64,000 nucleotides of DNA from Bryobacterales bacterium. GTDB taxonomy: Bacteria > Acidobacteriota > Terriglobia > Bryobacterales > UBA6623. The translations under genes were made by a program, and so were the position numbers. Each line of letters begins with the position of its first letter. The stretch's first letter is position 1. Positions 36,020 to 45,834 of the stretch are shown here, one piece after another. The notes beneath the pieces were generated by a model, which did not search any database, was not told where the DNA came from, and worked only from the letters and a program-made list of their open reading frames with translations. The stretch spans positions 913,396 to 977,395 of the forward strand of contig CBDFIU010000002.1 in NCBI GenBank assembly GCA_965248235.1, given 5' to 3'.

Positions 36020-36442
36020 ATGAAACGCGGAACCGATCATTCGCCGTCTATCGCTCGGCTGCCGGCGTTGCTCGCGGCCGCTCTTATCGCGGTCGCGGGC
36101 TGCGGCGGCTCGGCGTCATCGGATCCGCAACCGGAGGCTGCGCCGGTTGCCGCCAAGCATACGCCGAAGCGCATCGATCTCGACGCGGTTTTTCCGCCCG
36201 CGCCGGGCCGCGACCTGGTGCTCAACAATTGCCAGAGCTGCCATGTGTGGGTGCCCATCGTGATTCTGCAAATGGATAAAGACGCTTGGCATCGCAACAG
36301 CATCGAGCACCGCGGCCGCGTCGAGGCGCTGAGCGATGAGGATTTCGAAACGCTCTACGAGTACGTTTCCACGACGTTTACGCCCGAGCGACCGGTCCCG
36401 GAATTGCCGCGGGCCCTGCTCGAAGCCTGGACAACCTATTGA
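36020..36442 (+). CDS. Small monoheme cytochrome c lipoprotein
   Basis: Lipobox AVAGC, CQSCH heme motif, and a shared C-terminal pattern (FETLYEYVSTTFTPERPVPELP versus LETVFGYLNEHFSAATPEPRVP). Confidence 0.65.
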   Translation: MKRGTDHSPSIARLPALLAAALIAVAGCGGSASSDPQPEAAPVAAKHTPKRIDLDAVFPPAPGRDLVLNNCQSCHVWVPIVILQMDKDAWHRNSIEHRGRVEALSDEDFETLYEYVSTTFTPERPVPELPRALLEAWTTY

Positions 36443-36633
36443 CGGCGTTTTGTGGCGGTCCGGCCGTCGCTGCCGGGTACCGCGCGCGCGACGGTCATAA
36501 TGTCCTACAATACCGTTCTTTAGCAAAACTTTATGGTTCGTGAGATGTTCTCCTCAAGCGATTCCCGCCGCGGTCGTTTCTCCGCGGCGGAATTCCACCT
36601 TCCAACACTCTCGTAGAAAGAGATCTTCGTTTT

Positions 36634-36837
36634 ATGGATGTCACCCGCATTATTAGTGAACTTCGTAAGGAACTAGACCGCATCGACAAAACGATTCTGG
36701 CCCTCGATTCGCTCGAACCCGGTAAGCGGCGAGGCCGGCCGCCCAAGCTGCTGCAGGAACTCCGCGCTGAAGCCAGAGTTCAGACCGGCAAGCCGGCCGA
36801 GAAGCCGCGCCGCGGACGAAAGAAAAAGGCGCGTTGA
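36634..36837 (+). CDS. Small basic hypothetical protein
   Basis: Track ORF with an N-terminal helix and a Lys/Arg-rich tail. Confidence 0.4.
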   Translation: MDVTRIISELRKELDRIDKTILALDSLEPGKRRGRPPKLLQELRAEARVQTGKPAEKPRRGRKKKAR

Positions 36838-36885
36838 CCGCACGCGAATCGGAAGGCTTGTGGCCGGTTACGGCGGCGGATCGAG

Positions 36886-38286
36886 TCAGCCGGCCGAGTG
36901 TGCTTGGATGATCCGTTTGGCGATGGCGCGGCTCCGACGAATGCAGTCGGGAATGCCGATGCCCTCGTAAGCGTTCCCTGTTAGGTAGAGCCCTTGAATG
37001 CGTCCGAGGCGCTGTTCGATTTCCTCGACGCGCCTCCCGTGCCCGACCTCGTATTGCGCCATGGCCCGCCGCCAACGGGCCACACGCCAAGTAGCCGGTT
37101 CGGTTGCAAAGCCCATGATTCGGCTGAGTTCGTCGTGTACACGACGTGCGATCTCGTCGTCGGAGGCATCGAACGACGCGTCGGCTTGGCGGTCGGCTAA
37201 GAAAGCACGCAGCAGAGCGTAGTCACTGGTCGCGCGGTGGGGAAACTTCGTGTTGACCCAGGTGCAGGCCGTGATCCATGTCTGTTCGACCTCCGGCGCC
37301 AAGAACCCGAAACCCTCCAGGGCGTGCTCGAAAGGAGGCCGGCGGTAGAGCAGGTTGACCGTGATCGACGAAGAATAAGGAACCGCTCGCAGTTGCTCGG
37401 CCCCTTGCGGATCAAGCCGTTCGACCAAAGCGCCGGCCGCATGGGCCGGTGTGGCGATCACCACTTGATCGACGAAGATCCCGTCTCCGTTGACCGCGAT
37501 TCGAAAACCGTCGTCGTTGCGGGCAACCGATTCCGCCAAGCCGGTGATGCGCCGGATAGTGCCTTCAAGCTCGTCAGCCAGCCCGTCGGTCAACTGCCGC
37601 ATACCGCCCCGGAGGGTGAGAAACAACGAGGGCGGCCGCTCACCGTCGGCCGCTTTGCGCCGGGAGGCCTGGGCGGCGGCTTTCAACATGCCGCGGCTGA
37701 CGCTGCCGTATTGCTTCTCGATTTCCACGAAGCGCGGTAAGACGGCGTTGACGCTCAGCTTCTCCGGTGAACCGCCGTACACGCCGGCGAGCATGGGCTG
37801 GGCCAAGTAACGATTGGTCTCTTCACCGAAGTGGTCTCGCACAAAGGCAGCCACGGAACGCTCCTCGCGGGCCTTGCCGGGCTGCCGAAACCACTCCAGC
37901 GCCATCTTGGCCTTGGTGCCCCAACCGAGCAGCGGCGTCGTCAGCATGGGCGCGATCTTGGTCGGGACCATGAACTGAATGCCGTCGGGGAGCGGAACCA
38001 GTTTCCCCGCCCGCAACACAAACGTTTTGCGGAGATGGTCGTTCGAGCCGATGACCTGGTCCTCGAGCCCCAGTTCTTGGATCAACTCCAGGGCCCAGGG
38101 TTTTTGGGCTAGAAAGCTGTCGGGGCCGTCCTCGACAACGCAATTTTCGACTCTTTCGGTTTGGATCACACCGCCAAGCCGTGCTTGCGGGTCGATCAGA
38201 GTGCAGTCAAATCCTGCTTTCCCCAGGTCATAGGCCGCGGAGAGGCCAGAAATGCCTCCACCGATGATGGCAATGCGTTTCATCAA
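36886..38286 (-). CDS. hemY: HemY-type protoporphyrinogen/coproporphyrinogen III oxidase (FAD)
   Basis: N-terminal IAIIGGGISGLSAAY, 466 aa, adjacent to hemE. Confidence 0.85.
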   Translation of the reverse strand: MMKRIAIIGGGISGLSAAYDLGKAGFDCTLIDPQARLGGVIQTERVENCVVEDGPDSFLAQKPWALELIQELGLEDQVIGSNDHLRKTFVLRAGKLVPLPDGIQFMVPTKIAPMLTTPLLGWGTKAKMALEWFRQPGKAREERSVAAFVRDHFGEETNRYLAQPMLAGVYGGSPEKLSVNAVLPRFVEIEKQYGSVSRGMLKAAAQASRRKAADGERPPSLFLTLRGGMRQLTDGLADELEGTIRRITGLAESVARNDDGFRIAVNGDGIFVDQVVIATPAHAAGALVERLDPQGAEQLRAVPYSSSITVNLLYRRPPFEHALEGFGFLAPEVEQTWITACTWVNTKFPHRATSDYALLRAFLADRQADASFDASDDEIARRVHDELSRIMGFATEPATWRVARWRRAMAQYEVGHGRRVEEIEQRLGRIQGLYLTGNAYEGIGIPDCIRRSRAIAKRIIQAHSAG

Positions 38287-38328
38287 TTCGCGCGGTCCGA
38301 ACCGGGACGCGGTTCGGCGGGGGCGCCC

Positions 38329-39351
38329 TCAGGCCGTAAACTCGCGTACCATCTCGACGACAGCTCTTACGTTGTCCACCGGCGTTTCAGGCAGGATGCC
38401 GTGGCCCAAATTGAAAATGTGTCCCGGCCGGCCCGCCGCGCGGCGCAGAACGTCCTCGACCTGTCGACGAATCTCCTCAAGCGGGGCGAACAGCACCAGC
38501 GGGTCGAGGTTCCCCTGCACGGCCGGCTCGTGATTGATCGAAGCCCACGCTTCGTCCAGTCGAACACGCCAGTCGAGTCCCAGCACATCGCCGCCGGCTT
38601 TGTGTTGCAGATCGAGATATGACCCCGCGCCCGTCCCGAAATGAATCACGGGGACTTCGGTGCGTTGAATCGTTTCGATCAAGCGTTTTGAATGCGGCAG
38701 GACGTAGGTCTCGTAGTCGCCCGGCGAGAGCGCGCCCACCCAGCTGTCGAAGACCTGGATGGCGTCGGCTCCGGCCTTGACCTGCGCCGCCGCGTAGGGC
38801 CCCAGCACGTCGACGATCTTCGTCATCAGCGCGTTCCAGGCCGCGGGCTCGCCGTACATCAGACGTTTGGTCTGAAGGTAGTGGCGCGAGCCGCCGCCCT
38901 CGATCATGTAACTGGCCAGCGTGAACGGCGCGCCCACGAATCCGATCAACGGGACCTTGCCGTCGAGCTCGCGTTTGACCAGCGAGATGGCCTCCGGCAC
39001 ATAACCCAGATCGGCGCCGTTTTGCGTGTTCAACGCTTCGATTTGGGAAAGGGAGCGGATCGGGGGCGTGAGCGCGGGGCCTTCGCCGGCAAGAAATTCC
39101 AGCTTCGTCCCCATGGGTTCGACCGGCAGCAACAGATCGGCGAAGATGATGGCGGCGTCGACCGCAAGCGCTTCGATTGGCTGGAGTGTGACCTGGGCGG
39201 CCAGTTCGGGATTCTTGCACAACTCGAGAATCGTATAGCTTTTGCGAAGACTTCGATACTCGGGCATGTAGCGTCCCGCCTGGCGCATGAACCAGACCGG
39301 GGGACACGGTAAGGGGCGTCGACGGCAAGCGTCGAGGAAGGCAGCGGACAT
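38329..39351 (-). CDS. hemE: Uroporphyrinogen decarboxylase
   Basis: VWFMRQAGRYMPEY and the overall 340-aa HemE pattern. Confidence 0.9.
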   Translation of the reverse strand: MSAAFLDACRRRPLPCPPVWFMRQAGRYMPEYRSLRKSYTILELCKNPELAAQVTLQPIEALAVDAAIIFADLLLPVEPMGTKLEFLAGEGPALTPPIRSLSQIEALNTQNGADLGYVPEAISLVKRELDGKVPLIGFVGAPFTLASYMIEGGGSRHYLQTKRLMYGEPAAWNALMTKIVDVLGPYAAAQVKAGADAIQVFDSWVGALSPGDYETYVLPHSKRLIETIQRTEVPVIHFGTGAGSYLDLQHKAGGDVLGLDWRVRLDEAWASINHEPAVQGNLDPLVLFAPLEEIRRQVEDVLRRAAGRPGHIFNLGHGILPETPVDNVRAVVEMVREFTA

Positions 39352-39397
39352 CTCTTGAATGATATCAGGACCATTACGATAAGCCGTTCGGCATTGG

Positions 39398-39560
39398 CTG
39401 TGAACCGCGAGCCGAGAACCATGGTCCGTGAACTGTGAACCGTAAGCCGCGGAGTGTGACCCGTGAACTGTGAACCGTGAGCCGCGGAGCGTGAAGCGCG
39501 GAGCGTGAACCGTGAACTGTGGGCCGTGAAGTTTGAACCGCGAAGCCTGTAGCCGCGAAG
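39398..39560. repeat. Degenerate tandem array of GTGAAC-containing units upstream of hemE
   Basis: CCGTGAACTGTGRRCCGTRAG occurs at 39426, 39461 and 39509. There are seven GTGAAC hexamers in about 115 bp. Confidence 0.7.
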
Positions 39561-40640
39561 CGGCGGCCGGAATTTAGCCTAGGGTGGAGCCGGGACGGCG
39601 GAACCCTAGGTGACAGACGAGTAACACCGAGCCCTGAAAGGGCGGAAGGAACTAAGCCGACCCGCGAGAGGAATCGGGCGGTATGCGATTCCGAGCCAGA
39701 TCGGTAAACCGGGCCGACACCGATCTTTGTCGGATCGATCCTCACGACAAATTACGGCACCAGTGCGGTGCCCTGCGGTAAGAGGCAACCCATTCCGCTC
39801 CAGGGCCGGCTTCAACCCGCGCCGGCGTAACCAATGAGACCGTGACCCACGAGGGTCGGGTTCGCGCCGACGGCCGGCTCCAGATCCAGCCCGCTGGATC
39901 AACCGTTGCCCACTAGGGCGGCGGATCTAGCCGCACTTCCCGGCCTTCAAGAGCGTTGAAAGAAGAGAGCGACACTTGCCCTGGATTGCCTACCACAGAG
40001 CCAAGTGCGCTGGCGATTCGACCTAAGCCCCTTTGATGGAACAAGTTAGAAGGAGAGATAGCGGGATTACTCATGCGAACCCGATTTCGCGACAGTAATC
40101 CGCGAACAAGCGCTATACCGTTCGGTTCGTGAGACTTAGTGGAGTGAACCCCAGAAGTGAGACACGAAAAAGTGGGACAGAATTCAGCGGGCGGCGTTCG
40201 AAGCGTCGTCGCCGCCCTGCGAACAGCTCAGAAATCCGAGCTTTGAGTTTTCTGAGGCATGAGACAATCTATCGAGACTTCGCTTGCACCCGGAGCGGGA
40301 CACATGTCCCACATGTCCCGCCACGAGGCTCATCGTCTCGATGAGTTGTCGGCCGGGTATTCCTTGGCAGGTTGCTCTCCAGCAGCGCCTGCCTCCGCTT
40401 TCCAGGCTGCTTCAGAGTATGGCAATCGTGTCGCTCGGAAGTCCACAATCTTTCAGCGAACGGCTACTGTCCCACTTTGTCGCTGTCTCAGCCTAGGGGT
40501 GCATGCCATAGTCCTACTCGCGGTCGCGGAACTCTTCGCTCAAATCGGAGTCGCCCCGGGCTAGCGAACGACTGCAACGGCAAAGGGTCAAGATGGGTAT
40601 TTACTTGACTCAGGTGACCACAAGATGTAGGATCGGGGAA

Positions 40641-41300
40641 ATGGAAGATTATCCTCGGAATCTGGCCGAGTTCGAGGCGCGTTTCGCCACCGAGCAGGCC
40701 TGTCGAGAGTATCTGTGTCAACTCCGCTGGCCGGAGGGTTTTCGTTGTCCGCGATGCGGGCACGACAAAGCGTGGGCGGTGCGGACAGCGCTGCTGGAGT
40801 GCGCCGGCTGCGGGCATCAAGCTTCTCCAACGGCGGGCACAATATTTCAAGACACCCGCCAACCCCTCCAGAGTTGGTTTCGAGCCATGTGGTGGCTCAC
40901 GAGCCAGAAGAACGGGGCGAGCGCGCTGGGCTTGCAGCGGGCGTTGGGCCTGGGCAGCTACAAAACGGCCTGGACTTGGTTGCATAAGCTCCGGCGCGCC
41001 ATGGTGCGGCCCGGACGCGATCGGCTCAGCGGGCGCGTGGAGGTTGACGAGACTTACTTAGGAGGCTTGGAGGAGGGCGTGCGCGGTCGCCAAACCGACG
41101 CTAAGGCGCTGATTGTAGTAGCGGCCGAGGAAGATGGTGCCGGCATCGGGCGGGTTCGGATACGCACCATTCCCAACGCCTCCGGGGACAGCTTGATGGC
41201 CTTCGTCGGCGAGTCGATCGAACCCGGCAGCGTGGTCCATACCGACGGTTGGCTGGGATACGAACCGCTCGAAGGCGACGGCTATCGCCACACGACCATG
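40641..41300 (+). mobile_element. IS1595-family (ISXO2-like) transposase, 3'-truncated remnant
   Basis: Zinc-ribbon WPEGFRCPRCGH...CAGCGHQ and DDE region VEVDETYLGG...HTDGWLGY. After about 41300 the ORF loses family resemblance. Confidence 0.7.
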
Positions 41301-41553
41301 TCGTCGCCCGGACCCCGCGCACACAGCACCGAAAAGCCGAGAGACCCAAGAGCCGCCGCGATTTTCAGAACGATGAGCAGCACGTCGTCTTCCCCTCTGC
41401 CACAGATGTCTGGCCCCTCAAGGCTATTTGTGGTGCAGTCATACCCACAGTCACAGCGTCGGTCGTCATGGGTTTGATCAGTCTACAGTCCGGGTATTCC
41501 GTAGTTCATGCTCCTACTGGAGCAGCCTGTAAGCGATGGGCGGTCCTGTATCG

Positions 41554-41646
41554 CTAAACCGAGATCTCGGCCTTGTAGACCACACCCATGCCCCCTTCAC
41601 CGAGCTTCTCGGTGATCTTGTAGTGGCTGATGGTTGATCCGACCAC
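41554..41646 (-). pseudogene. 30-codon N-terminal fragment of a Ser/Thr protein kinase
   Basis: [27 protein letters not shown] followed by a premature stop. Confidence 0.6.
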
Positions 41647-41845
41647 GACGGTCCAATTCTACCTCTTCGCGGATACTGTCGCGAACAAGCGATGTCACTC
41701 GCTATCGGTCCCGACGCTCGCCGGCCGTCTGAGAGAACTCGTTTTCGGCCTTTGCGGCGGCCTGGTCGCCGCGGATCTGACGGCTGATTGCTCGACAGGA
41801 AATCATTTCTCAACATCTATCCGACGGTGACTCCCAACATTCTAG

Positions 41846-41923
41846 CGTGGGCAGGCAGTACCGAGGCCTCCACCGCGTGAAGCATCCGTTTACCCACATG
41901 GCACTAGATCCTCCCTGACAGCG
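41846..41923. repeat. Left copy of a 78-bp inverted repeat
   Basis: Its reverse complement matches 58250-58327 at 77/78. Confidence 0.85.
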
Positions 41924-42012
41924 TAGTGTCGAGTTAGCATTCCCATGCCGGCGTGGCTCGTGGACCCTCGTCGAGAAAAGCCAACAATCGCGCACAACCT
42001 TGGGCGGCGGCA

Positions 42013-42867
42013 TTATCGCCTTCGCGCCGTCAAGACCCGATCCAGTCCGGCCAGGTCGGGTTTCACTTCAGCCGGCTCCCAGTCGGCGTCGGCCAACATG
42101 GCCTCGACGGCGGGGCGGATGTGGTAGCCGAGTTCCAACAATAGACGCCCACCGGGGCGTAGGACGGCGGCCGCTTCGGGGGCCAGACGGCGGTAGGCTT
42201 CCAAGCCGTCCTCGCCGCCGAAAAGCGCCGTCGCCGGTTCAGAGCGTAGCTCGCGTTGGAGGCCCGGCAGATCGGCGAGCGGCACATAGGGAGGATTGGA
42301 AATGAGCAGGTCCACGCTCGCCGGCCGCAACGCCGCGGCCAAATCCGCGGCGAAGAAGTGGACCGAGACGCCAAGTTTTCGGGCGTTCCGCGCGGCAACC
42401 CGCAACGCCGCGGGTGACACATCCGAGGCCGCGACCGACGCCGCCGGCTGTTTCTTCTTGATGCTGATCGCGATCACGCCCGATCCCGTGCCTACATCGA
42501 CGATTCGGTCGCCGGGACGCGCATGCGCGAGAACCTCCTCGACGAGGTGCTCGGTTTCCGGACGCGGGATAAACACATCGGGCGTAACCTCGAATTCCAA
42601 GCCGAAGAACTCTTGCACCCCCGTCAGATATTGCGTCGGAACGCCTTCGCAACGGCGTTCGAGTAATGCCTCCAAGCGCCGCCGCCGGGCCTTGCTGATC
42701 GGCTCGTCGGGATGGGCGTAGAGAAACGCCTTGTCGACCCGCAACACGTGGGCCAACAACACTTCGGCCGTCAAACGCGGAGCGGGTACGCCCCGATCGG
42801 TGAGCCATCGCTCGGCCTCGCGCAGAGCGTCGCCCACAACCCCCGTGATAAAACCGTCGCTCGGCAT
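42013..42867 (-). CDS. prmC: Release-factor glutamine N5-methyltransferase
   Basis: VDVGTGSGVIAI and ISNPPY motifs. The start was chosen at an internal Met (the track ORF starts at 42969). Confidence 0.85.
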   Translation of the reverse strand: MPSDGFITGVVGDALREAERWLTDRGVPAPRLTAEVLLAHVLRVDKAFLYAHPDEPISKARRRRLEALLERRCEGVPTQYLTGVQEFFGLEFEVTPDVFIPRPETEHLVEEVLAHARPGDRIVDVGTGSGVIAISIKKKQPAASVAASDVSPAALRVAARNARKLGVSVHFFAADLAAALRPASVDLLISNPPYVPLADLPGLQRELRSEPATALFGGEDGLEAYRRLAPEAAAVLRPGGRLLLELGYHIRPAVEAMLADADWEPAEVKPDLAGLDRVLTARRR

Positions 42868-43067
42868 GATCAAGTGTCCACCGACCCTACGATCGTAGCA
42901 GCGCGTCTTGGGGTCTCCGGCGGGCCTGCGCTGTTCGCCGGACTTTGGGGCGTCGGGCCGCCACGACAAAGGCGTGTCCCCGCGCCTTATGGCGATGGCG
43001 GTACAATTTCGGGTTCGACCCTTCGCCGGCGGACAAAACAGTGCCGGCGGAATTGGGAGGCTGTCCG

Positions 43068-44720
43068 TTGAGATTCATTACTGTTTCGAGCTTGTTGTTT
43101 CTGTTTCTACTTGGCCCCGCGGAAATGCGCGGGCAGGGAACCGACGCCGACTGGCCGACCTATGGCGGCGATTACAGCGCCTGGCGCCACAGCCGGCTGG
43201 ACCAAATCACGGCCGACAACGTCAAACAACTGGTTCCGAAATGGGTTTTCCAAACCGGCGACTATGAGAGCGGCTTGCAGTCTACCCCGATCGTCGTCGA
43301 CGGCGTGATCTACATCTCCACGGGAACCAACCTCATCTATGCGCTCGACGGGGCCTCGGGAGAAATCATTTGGAAGTACGAATACGACTCGAGCCATCCC
43401 TTCAACGCCGCTTACTTCCGGCAAAATCGAGGTGTCGCGGTCGGTCACGGGCTGGTCTTTCTGGGCACGGTAGACAACAGCGTTTTGGCCGTCGATCAGA
43501 AAACGGGCCGTGAGGTTTGGCGAACCAGGGTGCAGGATCCGGCACAGTGCGGCTGTGGTATCAGCGCCGCGCCGCTGCTGGTGAAAGATCTCGTCGTGGT
43601 CGGCGGCACCGGCGGCGACTTCGCGCATCGTGGCAGCTTGACGGCTTTCCACGCCAAGACAGGCCGCTTCGCCTGGCGATTCTACATTACGCCGGCTCCG
43701 GGCGAGCCCGGCAACGAAACCTGGGCCGGAGACTCCTGGAGATTCGGCGGCGGGGCGCCCTGGATGACCGGCTCCTACGATCCTGATCTCGACTTGATCT
43801 ACTGGGGCACCGGCAACGCCGCCCCCGATCTCGACGGGGCGGCGCGCGAGGGGGATAACCTCTACACGGCGAGCATCATCGCCCTTGACCCGGACAGCGG
43901 CAAGCTTCGCTGGCACTATCAAGAGGTCCCGCACGATATGTGGGACTATGACTCGGCGTACGAGTGTATTTTGGTTGACTTGCCCGTGCGTGGGAAGATG
44001 CGCAAGCTGCTCGTGCACCCGACCAAGACCGGCTACGTCTGGGTGCTCGACCGCACGAACGGGGAGTTCCTCGGCGTTTGGCGCATGGTCGAAGACATCA
44101 CCTGGGTGAGCGGCATCACTGAAGACGGCAAGTTGGTCGGCCGCAAGGAGCCGACGCCGGGCGAAGAGACCAACGTGTGCCCGAGCATTAGCGGGGCGAA
44201 AAGTTGGAACCAAGCGGCCTTTTCTCCCGACACCGGCCTGGTCTACATGCCGCTGCTTCGATTCTGCAGCAACATGTACGTGCGGTCGCAGCCGCCGCGG
44301 CAAGGCCGACCCTACACAGGCGGATTTTGGCAACTCGTGCGCGCCCCGGCGGGCGAAGAGCACCCCTCGGGCATCGCCGCCTTCGACGCGGTAAGCGGCG
44401 AGAAGAAATGGGAGTATCCGTACAAGTACGTCATCCTCTCGTCGGTGTTGTCGACGTCAGGCGGGCTGGTTTTCGCCGGTGACGGGGAAGGCGAGTTCTT
44501 CGCCTTGGATGCCGAAACGGGGGAGAAACTTTGGGCCTTTCGAACGGGTTCCGGACATCGCGGTTCCTCGATTTCCTATGAAGTCGACGGACGCCAATAC
44601 ATCGCGACTCCCAGCGGTTGGGGATCAATGGGCGGGGGCTCACGGTCATTCTTCCCCGAGTTGGCGAGGACCGGGGGCGCTCTGTTCGTTTTCGCTCTTC
44701 CTGAGCGGGAGGGGCAATGA
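43068..44720 (+). CDS. PQQ-dependent dehydrogenase (beta-propeller quinoprotein), secreted
   Basis: RBS GGGAGG before TTG 43068 and a signal peptide. It shows the pattern DWPTYGGDYSAWRHS...ITADNVKQLVPKW and repeated W-containing propeller blades. Confidence 0.8.
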   Translation: MRFITVSSLLFLFLLGPAEMRGQGTDADWPTYGGDYSAWRHSRLDQITADNVKQLVPKWVFQTGDYESGLQSTPIVVDGVIYISTGTNLIYALDGASGEIIWKYEYDSSHPFNAAYFRQNRGVAVGHGLVFLGTVDNSVLAVDQKTGREVWRTRVQDPAQCGCGISAAPLLVKDLVVVGGTGGDFAHRGSLTAFHAKTGRFAWRFYITPAPGEPGNETWAGDSWRFGGGAPWMTGSYDPDLDLIYWGTGNAAPDLDGAAREGDNLYTASIIALDPDSGKLRWHYQEVPHDMWDYDSAYECILVDLPVRGKMRKLLVHPTKTGYVWVLDRTNGEFLGVWRMVEDITWVSGITEDGKLVGRKEPTPGEETNVCPSISGAKSWNQAAFSPDTGLVYMPLLRFCSNMYVRSQPPRQGRPYTGGFWQLVRAPAGEEHPSGIAAFDAVSGEKKWEYPYKYVILSSVLSTSGGLVFAGDGEGEFFALDAETGEKLWAFRTGSGHRGSSISYEVDGRQYIATPSGWGSMGGGSRSFFPELARTGGALFVFALPEREGQ

Positions 44721-45502
44721 ATTCTCCGCCTCATTCTCCAATGCATTGGACCGCCCGGTTGCTCCCGGCAATCTTGTTGATGATCTTGGCGGAGGCGCCG
44801 CTGCCCGCTCAGGGTATCTGGGGGGTGGGCTCCGGCGTCTACGCTAAGAACTGCGCCAACGTCTACTGCCACGGCGCAAAAGGCGCCGCCGGGGCCGCCC
44901 CGGCCGTGGCCGGAAAAGCGCTTTCGCCGGATCAAGTGAACCGGATTGTGCGAGAGGGGATACCCGACACCAGCATGGCGGGCTGGAAGGACACGTTGTC
45001 CGCCGCGGACCTGGCGTCTGTCATCGAATACGTCGTCGCTCTCCAAAAGAGCAAGGCCTCCAAGCGCGCCGAGTTGGACCCCAATCGGTCCTGGCTCACG
45101 CACTCGGGGAGACAGCTTTTCTTCGATGCCGGCCGCATTGCCCCCTGCGGCTCCTGCCATGACTTCGACGGACTCGGCTTGGCGGTCGCTTCGCCCCTCA
45201 AGGCCGTGCCGCCGGAGAGCGCCGCCGAGTTGCGCGGGCTGAGGTCCGACAACGTGCGAACCGTCCGGCCCGCCGGCGAAGAGCACTTCATCGGCATCGC
45301 GGCGACGTCGAAAGCGGGCGTTCCCCGCTGGTACGACCTAAGCACTGAGCTGCCGGTGTTGCGAACGTTCGCGGAAGCCCCGGAGGATAGCGGGCCGGCA
45401 GGTTCGTGGTCCCACAGTAACGCCATTGGAACCTACGGCGACGCGGAGTTGGAGAAGGTCATCGAGTTTCTTCGTGAAGCTCTGGTCCCGCATTCCGAGT
45501 GA
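44717..45502 (+). CDS. Dihaem cytochrome c, likely electron acceptor of the PQQ dehydrogenase
   Basis: It overlaps the upstream stop and has a signal peptide. Motifs are CANVYCH (CX4CH) and CGSCH. Confidence 0.7.
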   Translation: MNSPPHSPMHWTARLLPAILLMILAEAPLPAQGIWGVGSGVYAKNCANVYCHGAKGAAGAAPAVAGKALSPDQVNRIVREGIPDTSMAGWKDTLSAADLASVIEYVVALQKSKASKRAELDPNRSWLTHSGRQLFFDAGRIAPCGSCHDFDGLGLAVASPLKAVPPESAAELRGLRSDNVRTVRPAGEEHFIGIAATSKAGVPRWYDLSTELPVLRTFAEAPEDSGPAGSWSHSNAIGTYGDAELEKVIEFLREALVPHSE

Positions 45503-45834
45503 CCGAATATCGCTTTCCGCTCCCGGGAGACATGGGAGAAACTTCGAATAGCATCCATCCAAAGAGGAATGCCCGTCCAGGAGTTATCCGACGAAGCTGT
45601 GAGGTTTTTTCTTTTGGTGCCTGCGGATCAACTGGACGACGCCAAGACCCGCCTAAAGCGGTTCTATCCGCCGCCACCGGACGGCGACGGCGAGGCGAAG
45701 AGCGCATGATGTTCCGTCCCCGGAACAGCGACCCGGCGAGTGGCCCCCGGCTATCCTCTATGGCCGTGCCGCAAGGGGCGTAAACACAACGCCTTACCTT
45801 TGCTCTGTTCCGATTTCGAAACGAAGTCCGAACG

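Noticed and set aside
39398-39560. Possible CRISPR array (short repeats upstream of hemE)
   Set aside because: The units are degenerate with irregular 35 and 48 bp spacing. There are no unique spacers of uniform length and no cas genes in the window.
39850-39890. tRNA or tmRNA 3' end (T-arm-like GTCGG-GTTCGCG-CCGAC followed by GGCCGGC-T-CCA)
   Set aside because: No matching 5' acceptor strand lies at tRNA distance. There is no D or anticodon arm. No tmRNA tag-coding region or 5' GGGG pairing partner was found.
41300-41553. Continuation of the IS1595 transposase, or a separate small gene
   Set aside because: The translation loses all family resemblance after HTDGWLGYEPLEGDGYRH. No alternative frame restores the conserved C-terminal part, so I treat it as junk at a truncation junction.
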